A stretch of DNA of 64,000 nucleotides from Alphaproteobacteria bacterium (GTDB lineage: Bacteria > Pseudomonadota > Alphaproteobacteria > Rs-D84), in NCBI GenBank assembly GCA_017524525.1, contig JAFXVM010000016.1, positions 45,165 to 109,164 on the forward strand. Direction: 5' to 3'. Numbering within the stretch: position 1 is the stretch's first letter; the number at the start of each line of letters is the position of its first letter. A program made the position numbers and the translations under genes. Shown here piece by piece: positions 45,987 through 55,826 of this stretch. The notes beneath the pieces are model-generated. The model worked only from the letters and a program-made list of their open reading frames with translations, had not been told where the DNA came from and did no database searches.

Positions 45987-46868
45987 CTATTTTTTGTTTG
46001 TGTGTTCAAGTTTTTGGATTAACTGATACGGTAACGCTGTTGTTCCTCTGGTTTTTATAAATTCCATAACATCACTTAATATTTGTATGTTATAGTATTC
46101 TTGTAAGCAGTCTACTATATATTTAGAGACCCCTAATTCTTTTACAGGCATATTTAATTGCCTTTTTGTTAGTATATATTTTTTCGATTCATCTTGGTGG
46201 TTCTTTGGAAATAAAAATTCACCAATATATTTTCTAATCAAAGGATTATGGCATTCGCCGTTACGAACACATTGTGTACAGCTGTATATGGGATTACCAA
46301 AACCATAAGCGGCAGATGAATTTGAAAGAAATTGGATGGGACATGACATATGTTCCTTGTGTTCTGAGCCGTGATAATCTGGGTTAATTTTTATTATTAA
46401 TTGATCCTTTTTTGCGCCATCAGCAAGTTTTCTAAGTTGTGATATTTTAGGGGTATTCCACAAACTTATTTTTATTTCTTCCAAGTTATAAAATACACTA
46501 AAACCACAACGTGTTGTTTCTTTGGAATTAATATTTTTAATTGTGTTTAAATAATCTTGTATTTCCTGGGGGGATCTGCATGTCCTGTAATTACTTGTGG
46601 AATCACAATTACGTGGTGATGTTAAAAGGACATTAGTTTCACGCCAAGAATATTTGCGCAAACAATCAAAAAAGTTTCGTTCAAATTCATCGAAATTAAT
46701 ATTGTTCTTTTTGCATAAATCTTTTAATTTGTCGGAATCAAAGATGGCAGACAAATCATGTACGGTGTTAATCCCATTTAATAATAAAATATTTGTAATA
46801 TCTTCGGGCATACCAAGATATTTGATTTTTATGTTTGCTTCGTCAAATGTTAAACCGCATATACCCAT
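45987..46868 (-). CDS. Hypothetical protein with two alpha-CTD-like segments
   Basis: IKYLGMPEDITNILLLNGINTVHDL and PVKELGVSKYIVDCLQEYYNIQILSDV; central Cys motif. Confidence 0.6.
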   Translation of the reverse strand: MGICGLTFDEANIKIKYLGMPEDITNILLLNGINTVHDLSAIFDSDKLKDLCKKNNINFDEFERNFFDCLRKYSWRETNVLLTSPRNCDSTSNYRTCRSPQEIQDYLNTIKNINSKETTRCGFSVFYNLEEIKISLWNTPKISQLRKLADGAKKDQLIIKINPDYHGSEHKEHMSCPIQFLSNSSAAYGFGNPIYSCTQCVRNGECHNPLIRKYIGEFLFPKNHQDESKKYILTKRQLNMPVKELGVSKYIVDCLQEYYNIQILSDVMEFIKTRGTTALPYQLIQKLEHTNKK

Positions 46869-46883
46869 GTGTTTATAATGTCC

Positions 46884-47285
46884 TTATTTCGTTTTATATT
46901 TGTTGGGATACAATTTATGTGCGATTTTATAGGGGCATTTCCCTTTGCGCATGTTGTCGATACAGTCCCAAATACTGTGATGTTGTTCTGGTTTTTTTGT
47001 GCAATGGAATTTGATGTCGTCACAAATTATGTGTGCTTTCTTTATCATAGGAATTCCTGCAGCAGTAAAATTATATTGTTCTGTATCAATACGCATATTG
47101 ATTAAACAGTTGCAAACTTTGGCATCTTTTAATTGTGAAAGTGTTTTCTTGGTAATGCGTATTTTGTTGTTGGAACGGGCATCATAAAAATAGCCAGAAC
47201 GATGTATCCAAGATGGATGCCCTTGGACATTTAAATCCAAAGACCATAATCTGTATATGTGCTTGGTCGTTCTTTTCTTTATCAT
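46884..47285 (-). CDS. Hypothetical Cys-motif protein
   Basis: Tightly packed after gatC; C..N.RKGKC...LYP motif. Confidence 0.6.
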   Translation of the reverse strand: MIKKRTTKHIYRLWSLDLNVQGHPSWIHRSGYFYDARSNNKIRITKKTLSQLKDAKVCNCLINMRIDTEQYNFTAAGIPMIKKAHIICDDIKFHCTKKPEQHHSIWDCIDNMRKGKCPYKIAHKLYPNKYKTK

Positions 47286-47287
47286 TG

Positions 47288-47584
47288 TTAATCCCCGTCC
47301 ATAACTTTTGGTACAGCAAAATATCCACGAGATACACCAGCGGTGTCTGGGGCATTAGCCAATATTTCGTTTCGCATATTTGGTTCTGTCACTACATCTT
47401 CGCGAAGTGGCAATTTATGTTCTGCAGGTGACAACATAGGCTTTACCCCCGTTGTGTCGATTTTTTGTAATTTATCCAGCCATTCCACAACGGAATCGAT
47501 GTTCATTTTTTCAAGTTTTTCATCAGATATATCAATTTTGATTAAATCTGCAAATTTATGTAATTGTTGCTTGCTAAATGCCAT
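47288..47584 (-). CDS. gatC: Asp/Glu-tRNA amidotransferase subunit C
   Basis: IDTTGVKP, LREDVV, NAP, YFAVPKV. Confidence 0.93.
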   Translation of the reverse strand: MAFSKQQLHKFADLIKIDISDEKLEKMNIDSVVEWLDKLQKIDTTGVKPMLSPAEHKLPLREDVVTEPNMRNEILANAPDTAGVSRGYFAVPKVMDGD

Positions 47585-47667
47585 TTTCTTGTCCTATTGT
47601 TTCAAAGCATGAAAATTATACAATGATTTTGCTTAAATTCAAGGTTTTTTCTGTGCAAAACAAACAT

Positions 47668-47979
47668 TTATCTTGGTTGTCTGCGCTGGTTGTTAATATA
47701 GTTTTGTAAAAATTTATCGTCTATCATGTTTTTGAATGTTGGACTGTTTGCATACCTGGGGTCTGCAACAATAAGACCGATAATACCAACTTGTTCGCCC
47801 ACAGAATATGAAAATTTTCCATTATACTTGTTTAGCGCGCCGATTTCCCATGGATATTTGTCTGTGCGATACATTTCTATTTGATATTCTACATATTCTG
47901 ATGTGCGAGCCAAATCTACTGGTATCATACATGTATTACATGCAGTGATTGATATTTGACCTGTGATTTTATATTTCAT
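47668..47979 (-). CDS. Hypothetical protein
   Basis: 103-aa ORF with an AAGG RBS, between gatC and ruvX. Confidence 0.55.
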   Translation of the reverse strand: MKYKITGQISITACNTCMIPVDLARTSEYVEYQIEMYRTDKYPWEIGALNKYNGKFSYSVGEQVGIIGLIVADPRYANSPTFKNMIDDKFLQNYINNQRRQPR

Positions 47980-48048
47980 GTCTGTGCCTTTTTTAAACTT
48001 GTAAAATATTATTTGTCGTATATACTTTCAATGTAAAAGGACTGTACA

Positions 48049-48495
48049 ATGATTTTATGTGATTGCAAGGATTTTCCGCAAATTGGACGCATAATTGGTT
48101 TAGATTGGGGATTGCGCAGATGTGGTGTGGCTGTCGCAGATGAAAATCGCGGATTTGTGTTCACTAGACCCCAATTAAATGTTAAAAGTCAGGATGAATT
48201 GGTGCAAAAGATTTTAGATATCGCAAGTGTTGATAAAATAGTTGGTTTTGTTGTTGGATTGCCATTACATGCAGACGGCAGTGATTCTGAAACAACCAAA
48301 ATGGTTCGCGATTTTGCGGACGCTTTATCTTCCAAAACGGATTTACCAATCATTTTTGTTGAAGAAAATTTAACAAGTGCCGCTGCCCAAGAAGAAATAG
48401 GGCGCAAAAGCATATCAAAGATTAAACAAGAATTGGATTCTGTGTCTGCTAAGATAATTCTTGAAAACGCAATTGCTTTGTTAAAAAGAATTTAA
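48049..48495 (+). CDS. ruvX: YqgF/RuvX nuclease
   Basis: GLDWG..RCGVAV, VVGLP, EENLTS, D..SA..IL. Confidence 0.9.
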   Translation: MILCDCKDFPQIGRIIGLDWGLRRCGVAVADENRGFVFTRPQLNVKSQDELVQKILDIASVDKIVGFVVGLPLHADGSDSETTKMVRDFADALSSKTDLPIIFVEENLTSAAAQEEIGRKSISKIKQELDSVSAKIILENAIALLKRI

Positions 48496-49538
48496 TCATT
48501 TGTTGTTTCGTCTGGAATTTTTCCGTCTGTTGACAATAATGTTGCAATCCAACGCGTAGATTCAAATTGTGCGGTTGTGATATAAACACCTGCCAAAATA
48601 GGAACACTGAAAAACATTCCAGCTGGGCCCCAAATCATACCCCAAAATACCAAGTTTATTAATATTGCCAATGTGGAAATGTTTAATGTTTTCCCAGTTA
48701 ATTTTGGGTCGATTATATTGCCGAATACGACTTCAATTATTATCAAAGCAATCGCTGTGAACAAGGCTAGATGCCAAGAATCGCCGCTTATCAACGCATA
48801 CGCAATCGGCAAAGCACAAGCCAATATAGAACCAATTGTTGGAATGTAATTAAGGATAAATATAATAAATGCCCATACTGTCGCGTATTCAAGACCTATG
48901 ATTTTTAGTGCTATGTATGCACACAATCCTGTGGCGGCAGATATAAATGTTTTTGTAAACAAATATTTTTTCATATTTTCGTCAATGCTGTTCAAAATAT
49001 AACGTAATTTTTTAGATTTAAGCTTTGACAAAGGCATGGCATCTATTTTTTTGTTAAACGAACTTTGTTCCACAAACATAAATATCAAATATATTAATAC
49101 CATACCTGTGGATGTTGCAATTCCTGCCAAAGAAGTTCCAACATAACCAGCTATTTGTGGTAGGTTTGGAATTAAATTCATATCTATTTCTACACCAAAT
49201 TTATCAGAAATGAAATTGCTAAATATAAATAACTTTTCTTGTAAAATAGGTGTTGCATTGTAAAGTTCTGCCAACATAGGTTTTATTTGTGTTGCAAACA
49301 AATATATAATGCCACCAACAGTTGCCACCGATAGTATGTTAGAGACAAAAGTGAACATCTTGGATGGTATTTTACATGTTTTTAAATCCACTTTATAACA
49401 AGGCATTATTTTCCTGTAATAAGCGGAAATCGCATTTAATAAATACCATAAAAATGTCGCGAACAATAGTGGTATAAATATAGAGCGTCCTATCCATAAA
49501 ATAAATATTAATGCAATAAAAGATACCAAATTGTTCAT
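48492..49538 (-). CDS. AI-2E family transporter
   Basis: Multiple TM helices, LNYIPTIG, N...PK..G, FWG.IWG..GM..SVP. Confidence 0.88.
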   Translation of the reverse strand: MNNLVSFIALIFILWIGRSIFIPLLFATFLWYLLNAISAYYRKIMPCYKVDLKTCKIPSKMFTFVSNILSVATVGGIIYLFATQIKPMLAELYNATPILQEKLFIFSNFISDKFGVEIDMNLIPNLPQIAGYVGTSLAGIATSTGMVLIYLIFMFVEQSSFNKKIDAMPLSKLKSKKLRYILNSIDENMKKYLFTKTFISAATGLCAYIALKIIGLEYATVWAFIIFILNYIPTIGSILACALPIAYALISGDSWHLALFTAIALIIIEVVFGNIIDPKLTGKTLNISTLAILINLVFWGMIWGPAGMFFSVPILAGVYITTAQFESTRWIATLLSTDGKIPDETTND

Positions 49539-49553
49539 AACTTTATCCTTTAA

Positions 49554-50411
49554 TTAAAAAAGACGTGTTTGGGAAAGAATTGCAAGTATCATTGCTAGAT
49601 TGATTCCCACAGCTGTCAATGCATATCCACGGTTTATGTCTTTAAAGAAATCTGCTTTGCGTTTAGTGTACCATAATGCGAATAATAATAACAGTGCGCC
49701 AGACAATAATATTGTTGGGATGCCTGTGATAAAACATTTACAAAAAAGTAAGAATAAAAATGCAACCAGCGTATTATTAAAATTCTTTAATACCCAATCA
49801 TTTAATCTGGTGAACCATTTACATTTTATTTGCAAGTTAGATTTTATTGTTGATGTTCCTTTGAACAAATATCCCGGGGTCCACAGTAAGAAAAATCCAA
49901 ATGGCATAGATAAAATTGCTTTCCATGGGGATATACCAAGTGAAACGCTGCGTTTGTATTTCGCATAAATTCCAGATATTGAAACGCCCAACAAATATAT
50001 GGATACGAACAATATAAATGTAAATACAGCAAAGAAAAGCGTAGGATGTTGCAGATACGCCATCATTATTTTTATTTTTAATATTTCACCATTTGAACCA
50101 AGCCCCAGAATCGCGATAAATGATGACAGAATCGCGATTAATGAAGTTGCATTTGTTATTGCAACAAAATCTTTTTGATTCATTTCATTATGTGGTAATT
50201 TTTTTATCATGTACCATATTGATAGTACAAAAATCATAAAAACGCATATATACATCAATGCCATAGATTCCATATTTAAAAATGTTTGAATAGCACTGAA
50301 TATCAAACTTAGTATTAATCCCAAACCTAAAAATACGATTGAAAACATCAATGGTTTTGTTAAAGCCCAAGTTTTCAATTGAGTTTGTGTTTCTTTGTTT
50401 TTTGTTTGCAT
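49554..50411 (-). CDS. Hypothetical integral membrane protein
   Basis: About 7 hydrophobic segments. Confidence 0.7.
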   Translation of the reverse strand: MQTKNKETQTQLKTWALTKPLMFSIVFLGLGLILSLIFSAIQTFLNMESMALMYICVFMIFVLSIWYMIKKLPHNEMNQKDFVAITNATSLIAILSSFIAILGLGSNGEILKIKIMMAYLQHPTLFFAVFTFILFVSIYLLGVSISGIYAKYKRSVSLGISPWKAILSMPFGFFLLWTPGYLFKGTSTIKSNLQIKCKWFTRLNDWVLKNFNNTLVAFLFLLFCKCFITGIPTILLSGALLLLFALWYTKRKADFFKDINRGYALTAVGINLAMILAILSQTRLF

Positions 50412-50447
50412 GATTTTTGTCCTTTTGGTTGTTTTTTTTGTTTAATC

Positions 50448-51125
50448 TTAGTCTATCATAATTTTGCCATCAAATAAAGTAGTTGTTTGTGTTATATTAA
50501 TCGCCGAAGAAAAATTGTCTTGGTGTGATATAAATAAAAATGTAGTGTTTGGCATTTTGTTTATTGTATCAATAATTTGTTTTTGAACGTTTTTGTCAGC
50601 ACCAGAATCTGGTTCATCAAGAATAGCGAACTTTGGTTGTGTTAACATCAATCTTAACAGCATGATGCGTTTGCGTTCCCCACCAGAAAAACCAACATTT
50701 ACACAGCGATTAAGCCATTCTTTTGGGATATCTAATTCTGTGCGTGCGGATTCCAATTTTTCCAAAAATTCACCCATAGACAAATTTTTTCCAGTTTCAA
50801 AATGAGTATGGGCAATCATGGAATGTTTTAAAAAACTTAGTATTGTTAAACCTGGAATTTCTGGGACATTCTGTGTGCTTATAAATATACCACGTAATGC
50901 ACGTGTTGTGGCGTTTTCTTTGGTTATATCAACGCCATCAAAGATTATTTTTCCAGAATCTATGGTGAAAGAATCGTCGCCCGCGATAGTGTTAACCAAT
51001 GTCGATTTCCCAGAACCATTGCGTCCAGCAAGACGGTGGCGTGCGCCATCTTTGACAACCAGATTAATGTTTGTCAGTAATGGTTTTTTATTCATAGATA
51101 CACAAAGATTTTTTATTTCTAACAT
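50448..51125 (-). CDS. sufC: Fe-S assembly ATPase
   Basis: GRNGSGKST, EIPG, NVGFSGGERKR, LDEPDSG. Confidence 0.9.
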   Translation of the reverse strand: MLEIKNLCVSMNKKPLLTNINLVVKDGARHRLAGRNGSGKSTLVNTIAGDDSFTIDSGKIIFDGVDITKENATTRALRGIFISTQNVPEIPGLTILSFLKHSMIAHTHFETGKNLSMGEFLEKLESARTELDIPKEWLNRCVNVGFSGGERKRIMLLRLMLTQPKFAILDEPDSGADKNVQKQIIDTINKMPNTTFLFISHQDNFSSAINITQTTTLFDGKIMID

Positions 51126-51129
51126 GTTT

Positions 51130-52473
51130 TTATTCTTTTTTTAAAGCCATTTGTATTAATTGTTTTGATTCTACCAAAAATTCCATTGGTAATCTAGAAA
51201 TTATAGGGGATGCCTGTGACCCAACAATAAGTGCAATTGCTTCATCTTCATCCATTCCGCTTTGCATTAAAAAGAGCAGGGCGTTTTTATCGATAGCCCC
51301 AGTGGTCGCTTCGTGTGATTGTTGGTTGAATCCGTTTGAATGAACCACAGTTGGAATTGTGTTTGCAGTTGCTGTATCACCGATGATTTTGCTATCACAT
51401 TTGCAAGCGTTTACGCTTTGTTTGCCAGAAAAAGAAACCAGACTACGAAATGTCTGTCGTGAATAGTCTGTGGCAACACCATAGGAAACGATATTTGATT
51501 TAGTGTTGTTGCCAATATGAATCATCTTGGTTCCTGTGTCTGCTTGTTGGTTTCCGCGGGTGATGGACAGCGAATAAAAATCACTGTGTGAATCATCCCC
51601 ATATAATATAGTGGACGGATATTTCCAAGTCATGCTTGAACCGATTTCAATTTGCGTCCAATCAAGTCCTGCCTTTTTATAACATTTTCCGCGTTTTGTG
51701 ACAAAATTTAATATGCCATTTGTATCAGTTTTAGAATCGCTGTATACGGTAGAATCTCCTGCATACCAATTTTGGACAGTAGAATATTTTACATAGGCAT
51801 TATCTTTAACTATGATTTCAACAACACCACTGTGTAATTGATGATTGGGGCGACGTGGGGCGCTGCATCCTTCCATATAAGAAAGGTTGGCACCATCTTC
51901 GGCGATAATAAGAGTTCTTTCAAATTGTCCAATTTTTGCGGTTTCAATTCTAAAATAACTGGCTAAATCAATGGGACATTTTACGTTTTTTGGTATGTAA
52001 ACAAAAGTTCCGTCCGAAAAGACAGCCGCATTAAGTGCGGCAAAAAAATTGTCGTTATATGGAACCACAGTGCCAAGGTATTGTTGGACTAAATCTGGAT
52101 GTTGATGTACGGCTTCAGATAGTGGTAAAAATATTATGCCGAGTTTTTTTAATTCTTCTGTATACGAAGTATGAACAGATTTGCTGTCAATCACGGTATC
52201 TGTTGCCATACCAAGCAGGGCGCGTTGTTCTGCCTCTGGCAATCCCATTTTTTCATAGGTTTCTTTCAGTTTAGAATTATCAATTTTTCGTTTTTCATTG
52301 TAATAATTCAAAGAATCGTAATCTATGGGTGCATAGTCTATTTTTGCCCAATGTGGTTCACTCATGTTCTTCCATGCATCAAAAGCCTTTAAACGCCAAG
52401 ACAATAACCAGTCTGGTTCATTGCGCAAAGCAGAAATTTCTTGGATAAGTTTTTTGTTTAATTTTTTTTTCAT
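51130..52473 (-). CDS. sufB: Fe-S assembly protein
   Basis: AVFSDG.F.Y, GQFERTLI, EGCSAP, YSTVQNWY, NFVTKRG, QADTGTKM. Confidence 0.95.
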   Translation of the reverse strand: MKKKLNKKLIQEISALRNEPDWLLSWRLKAFDAWKNMSEPHWAKIDYAPIDYDSLNYYNEKRKIDNSKLKETYEKMGLPEAEQRALLGMATDTVIDSKSVHTSYTEELKKLGIIFLPLSEAVHQHPDLVQQYLGTVVPYNDNFFAALNAAVFSDGTFVYIPKNVKCPIDLASYFRIETAKIGQFERTLIIAEDGANLSYMEGCSAPRRPNHQLHSGVVEIIVKDNAYVKYSTVQNWYAGDSTVYSDSKTDTNGILNFVTKRGKCYKKAGLDWTQIEIGSSMTWKYPSTILYGDDSHSDFYSLSITRGNQQADTGTKMIHIGNNTKSNIVSYGVATDYSRQTFRSLVSFSGKQSVNACKCDSKIIGDTATANTIPTVVHSNGFNQQSHEATTGAIDKNALLFLMQSGMDEDEAIALIVGSQASPIISRLPMEFLVESKQLIQMALKKE

Positions 52474-53012
52474 TTATCTGTTGATGCCAGTGCTTGTGCT
52501 TGTGCAAAAAATGTTAAAGATTGTCCCAGCAGACCATCCGTAAATGTCGTTGATAAAATACCATCTGTATCAGTAGCAGACATGTGTTGTAAAAACATAT
52601 TAGCACGATTTAAATAATGACTTACATTATGCGAGATATTTGTATCGAGTTTAATTGCGCGACGTAATTTTTCTAAAACAAATGGGTTTTTTGCATATTC
52701 ATCCATAATTCCACCAAGTGCCCGCCAAAGCGGATGTTCAGATGTTGTGCGTGGCATAATATCAATGGATGCCATAATTGGAATCAAATCTTGTAATAAA
52801 TCTTGGTAAATAATTTCAGCCTTGTCCGTTGTGTCATTAACAGACATTTTGTTTTTTAACAAATTTTGAATTTTTACAATTAAATTGTACTGAAAAGTTA
52901 ATGTTTTTGTCATTTCTCGTACATTTTTATTAGTGCTGATTATCAAGAATAAACTGATTACTGTGGACAATGTGCATACCACAAGCACGATTAATATGAT
53001 TATGTCTTCCAT
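52470..53012 (-). CDS. Hypothetical membrane-anchored protein
   Basis: N-terminal TM helix; overlaps the sufB start by 4 nt. Confidence 0.65.
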   Translation of the reverse strand: MEDIIILIVLVVCTLSTVISLFLIISTNKNVREMTKTLTFQYNLIVKIQNLLKNKMSVNDTTDKAEIIYQDLLQDLIPIMASIDIMPRTTSEHPLWRALGGIMDEYAKNPFVLEKLRRAIKLDTNISHNVSHYLNRANMFLQHMSATDTDGILSTTFTDGLLGQSLTFFAQAQALASTDK

Positions 53013-53182
53013 GTTTATAGCCTTAGTTTTTGTTTTTTACTTGGTCTAGTATAACATGTTTTATCGATTCGTGCGATTTTTTCTCGCATATATTTTTTTG
53101 TGATTTTTATGTTTTTAAGTCTTGCACAGATTCGGTCAAATTGATATAATTAAGAATAATAATGAAAAGGAAAGGAAGAAAT

Positions 53183-54091
53183 ATGTTCCATAAAATTTGT
53201 ATTTTTCTTGCTGTGGCTGGGGTCACAGGATTTGCGTTCGGTGCTAATAAAACTCAACAGATTATTACTTCGGAAGTTTTTGGTAATACAGAAGAAGAAG
53301 TCACAGAAGACGTCAATCGTGTTGATACAAGACAGGCTTTTTATGAACCACAGCCGGTGTATTATGAAGAACCTGTTTATGAAAATGTTCCTGTGTGGCC
53401 ATTGCCAGGATCCGAAGCGGATGTTGAAATTGCTTGCGGGGAAGCGGGGTGTGTCGAAGAAAATAAAATTGTGACCCAAGTTGGTTCAGGGTTGGTAATT
53501 GAAAATAACATAAATACTATTGGAACAGGTTGGACCGGTGGACCAAATATTTATAATGGCATGGTAATACCTGCTGGGTTTGATTACGAATGTGCGAATA
53601 ATGCTGATATGCCGTTAATGCGTCGTGAAATGATGGAAGATGATGGTGGATCTGTTTTGGCTATGTCTCGCAGTTCTAGAAAAACTTGTAATAAACAGGC
53701 TGATTCTTATGCAATGTTTGCACAACGTGCTGGGTTTGCTCCTGAAAAGACTTGTAATAAAAATATGGATGTTTCCAATAGAGATGTTTCTGTAAACGAA
53801 TATATTGACGAAGAAAGCAATGAACCTGCGCAGGATCAAGTTCGTTCTTGGGTCGTGGCCAGTGGGCAAACTTTGCGTGAAGTTTTACAATCATGGTGCG
53901 ATAAAGAAGGTTGGGATTTAGTTTGGACCACCGCGCGCGAATATCCAATAGAAGCAAGTGCGGTATTCAAAGGACGGTTTGTGGATGTTGCATCTGCTTT
54001 GGTTCGTAATTTTGAACGTGCAACACCGATTCCTTATGCGAAATTTTACAAGGGTAATCGTGTAATTGTGGTTTCAACTTCGGAAGAATAA
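53183..54091 (+). CDS. TcpQ/PilL-like type IVb pilus protein
   Basis: Signal peptide; C-terminal W....GQTLRE.L..W...EGW.L.W.....YPI.A...F.G.F..GNRV TcpQ-like domain. Confidence 0.72.
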   Translation: MFHKICIFLAVAGVTGFAFGANKTQQIITSEVFGNTEEEVTEDVNRVDTRQAFYEPQPVYYEEPVYENVPVWPLPGSEADVEIACGEAGCVEENKIVTQVGSGLVIENNINTIGTGWTGGPNIYNGMVIPAGFDYECANNADMPLMRREMMEDDGGSVLAMSRSSRKTCNKQADSYAMFAQRAGFAPEKTCNKNMDVSNRDVSVNEYIDEESNEPAQDQVRSWVVASGQTLREVLQSWCDKEGWDLVWTTAREYPIEASAVFKGRFVDVASALVRNFERATPIPYAKFYKGNRVIVVSTSEE

Positions 54092-54123
54092 AAGCCTTAA
54101 CAAAATAGGGATGGGGGACAAAG

Positions 54124-55755
54124 ATGAAAAATTCTTTTAAAATAAGTTTGATTAGTTGTTTGTTCGGTTTTGTGGTTGCAGGATGCACGTTACACGAATC
54201 GGCAAAAGTGTCTGCTGAGGTGGATCAAAATTTTGTTAATGCTTATGAAGCGTTCGAGATGGCGAAAAATCCACGTGCTAAGGTGGCAAGTGGCGACACG
54301 GTTACTATGTCCGAAGGTGTTTGGTTGGGGAACAAATCTATGTTGCATGAACACAGAAATTCTTTGCCGGCAAAGTTTGAAACTGATACTGGTGTGACTA
54401 TTTTATTAAACGAACCTGTGACGCTTCAGGTTTTGGCTAATGATATTAATTCTATAACGGGGATACCTGTCAAAATAGACAGCCAAGTTGATACAGAAAA
54501 ATTAAGAAAAACCATTGATGTTGCGTACACTGGCAAATTATCTGGATTGCTTTCACAAATCGCGACAGATTTAGATTTACTTTGGTATTATGACAAAGAT
54601 GCAATCGTGTTTTATGAAACAGAAACCAGAACATATACATTGTATGCGCTGGGAACGGATGTTTCTTATCAATCTTCAGTTCAAACAGATAGCGGCAACC
54701 AAGTTTCTTTGGAATCTACTTTGAAAGAATGGGACGAAGTTGAATCTACTATTAATTCTATTATAAATAATTCTAAGAATGCACAGTTTACTGTGTCGCG
54801 CAGTTTGGGAACAATTACTGTGACTGCGGCACCGTCTGTTTTGAATCGTGTTGGTGAATATATTGCTAAACAGAATAAGCGTTTATCCCAGTTAGTGACT
54901 ATTGATGTTAAGGTATTACAGGTTTCTTTGACAAACAATTCTGCTTTTGGGTTGAATTTGGCTGCGGCGATTAATTCTGCTTCTGGATTAAATATCGTTG
55001 CGAACCCAAAGAACAATTTATCTTTGACTGAATCGAGTTCTATGAATGTCGCAGTTTTGTCTAATGCTGTTTCGGCTTTGACAGGCGCAACGCATATAGA
55101 TGCAAGTGGTGCGGTGGTTGATGGTGCGTATACAAATGATCAAATCAATAATGGTTCAATGGCGCGAATCGCTGGGACTAACGCTTTGATAGAGGCTTTG
55201 GCAAAACAGGGCAAAGTGTCTTTGGTGACTAATGTTGGTGTAACAACGCGTAATAATCGTGTTGCGCCAGTGACAAATACCAAGACAACTGGTTATATCA
55301 AACGTTTTGAATCCAGAACATTTACGACTGTGGAATCAAGTACTGTTGACCAAGCAGATTTGGAAACAGGGTTTTCAATGCAACTTTTGCCAAATGTTTT
55401 GGAAAATGGCAAAATTTTGTTGCTGTTCAAAATGTCTGTCCGTGAATTGTTGAAAATGTCATCACAAACAATTGGTGCGGTAACACTGCAATTACCAGAA
55501 GTGGAAGAACGTTCCTTTATGCAAGAAGTTATCATGGAATCTGGTCAAATGTTAGTTGTGTCTGGTTTTGAAAAACAAAAGAACGATGATACACGATATG
55601 GATTGGGTGATGCAGACTTTATGGCTTTGTCTGGTTCTCGTGAAACTGCGGCAACGCGCGAGGTATTGGTTGTTATATTGACACCACAAGTATTGGTTAG
55701 CCCGATGGATGCAGAACGCAGTATACAACAACATTGGGGCGCCCCGTTGAATTAA
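54124..55755 (+). CDS. PilN/BfpB/TcpC-type lipoprotein secretin
   Basis: Lipobox VAGC, Y.GKLSGLL..., AL..QGKVS, TGFSM.LLP, LQLP, V.ILTP. Confidence 0.85.
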   Translation: MKNSFKISLISCLFGFVVAGCTLHESAKVSAEVDQNFVNAYEAFEMAKNPRAKVASGDTVTMSEGVWLGNKSMLHEHRNSLPAKFETDTGVTILLNEPVTLQVLANDINSITGIPVKIDSQVDTEKLRKTIDVAYTGKLSGLLSQIATDLDLLWYYDKDAIVFYETETRTYTLYALGTDVSYQSSVQTDSGNQVSLESTLKEWDEVESTINSIINNSKNAQFTVSRSLGTITVTAAPSVLNRVGEYIAKQNKRLSQLVTIDVKVLQVSLTNNSAFGLNLAAAINSASGLNIVANPKNNLSLTESSSMNVAVLSNAVSALTGATHIDASGAVVDGAYTNDQINNGSMARIAGTNALIEALAKQGKVSLVTNVGVTTRNNRVAPVTNTKTTGYIKRFESRTFTTVESSTVDQADLETGFSMQLLPNVLENGKILLLFKMSVRELLKMSSQTIGAVTLQLPEVEERSFMQEVIMESGQMLVVSGFEKQKNDDTRYGLGDADFMALSGSRETAATREVLVVILTPQVLVSPMDAERSIQQHWGAPLN

Positions 55756-55776
55756 AATAATTATTGATTGATAAAC

Positions 55777-55803
55777 AAAAACCACCCAATCGGGTGGTTT
55801 TTT
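55777..55803. terminator. Bidirectional intrinsic terminator
   Basis: AAAAACCACCC-AATC-GGGTGGTTTTTT. Confidence 0.85.
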
Positions 55804-55826
55804 AATATTAATTTTTACGCAATCAA

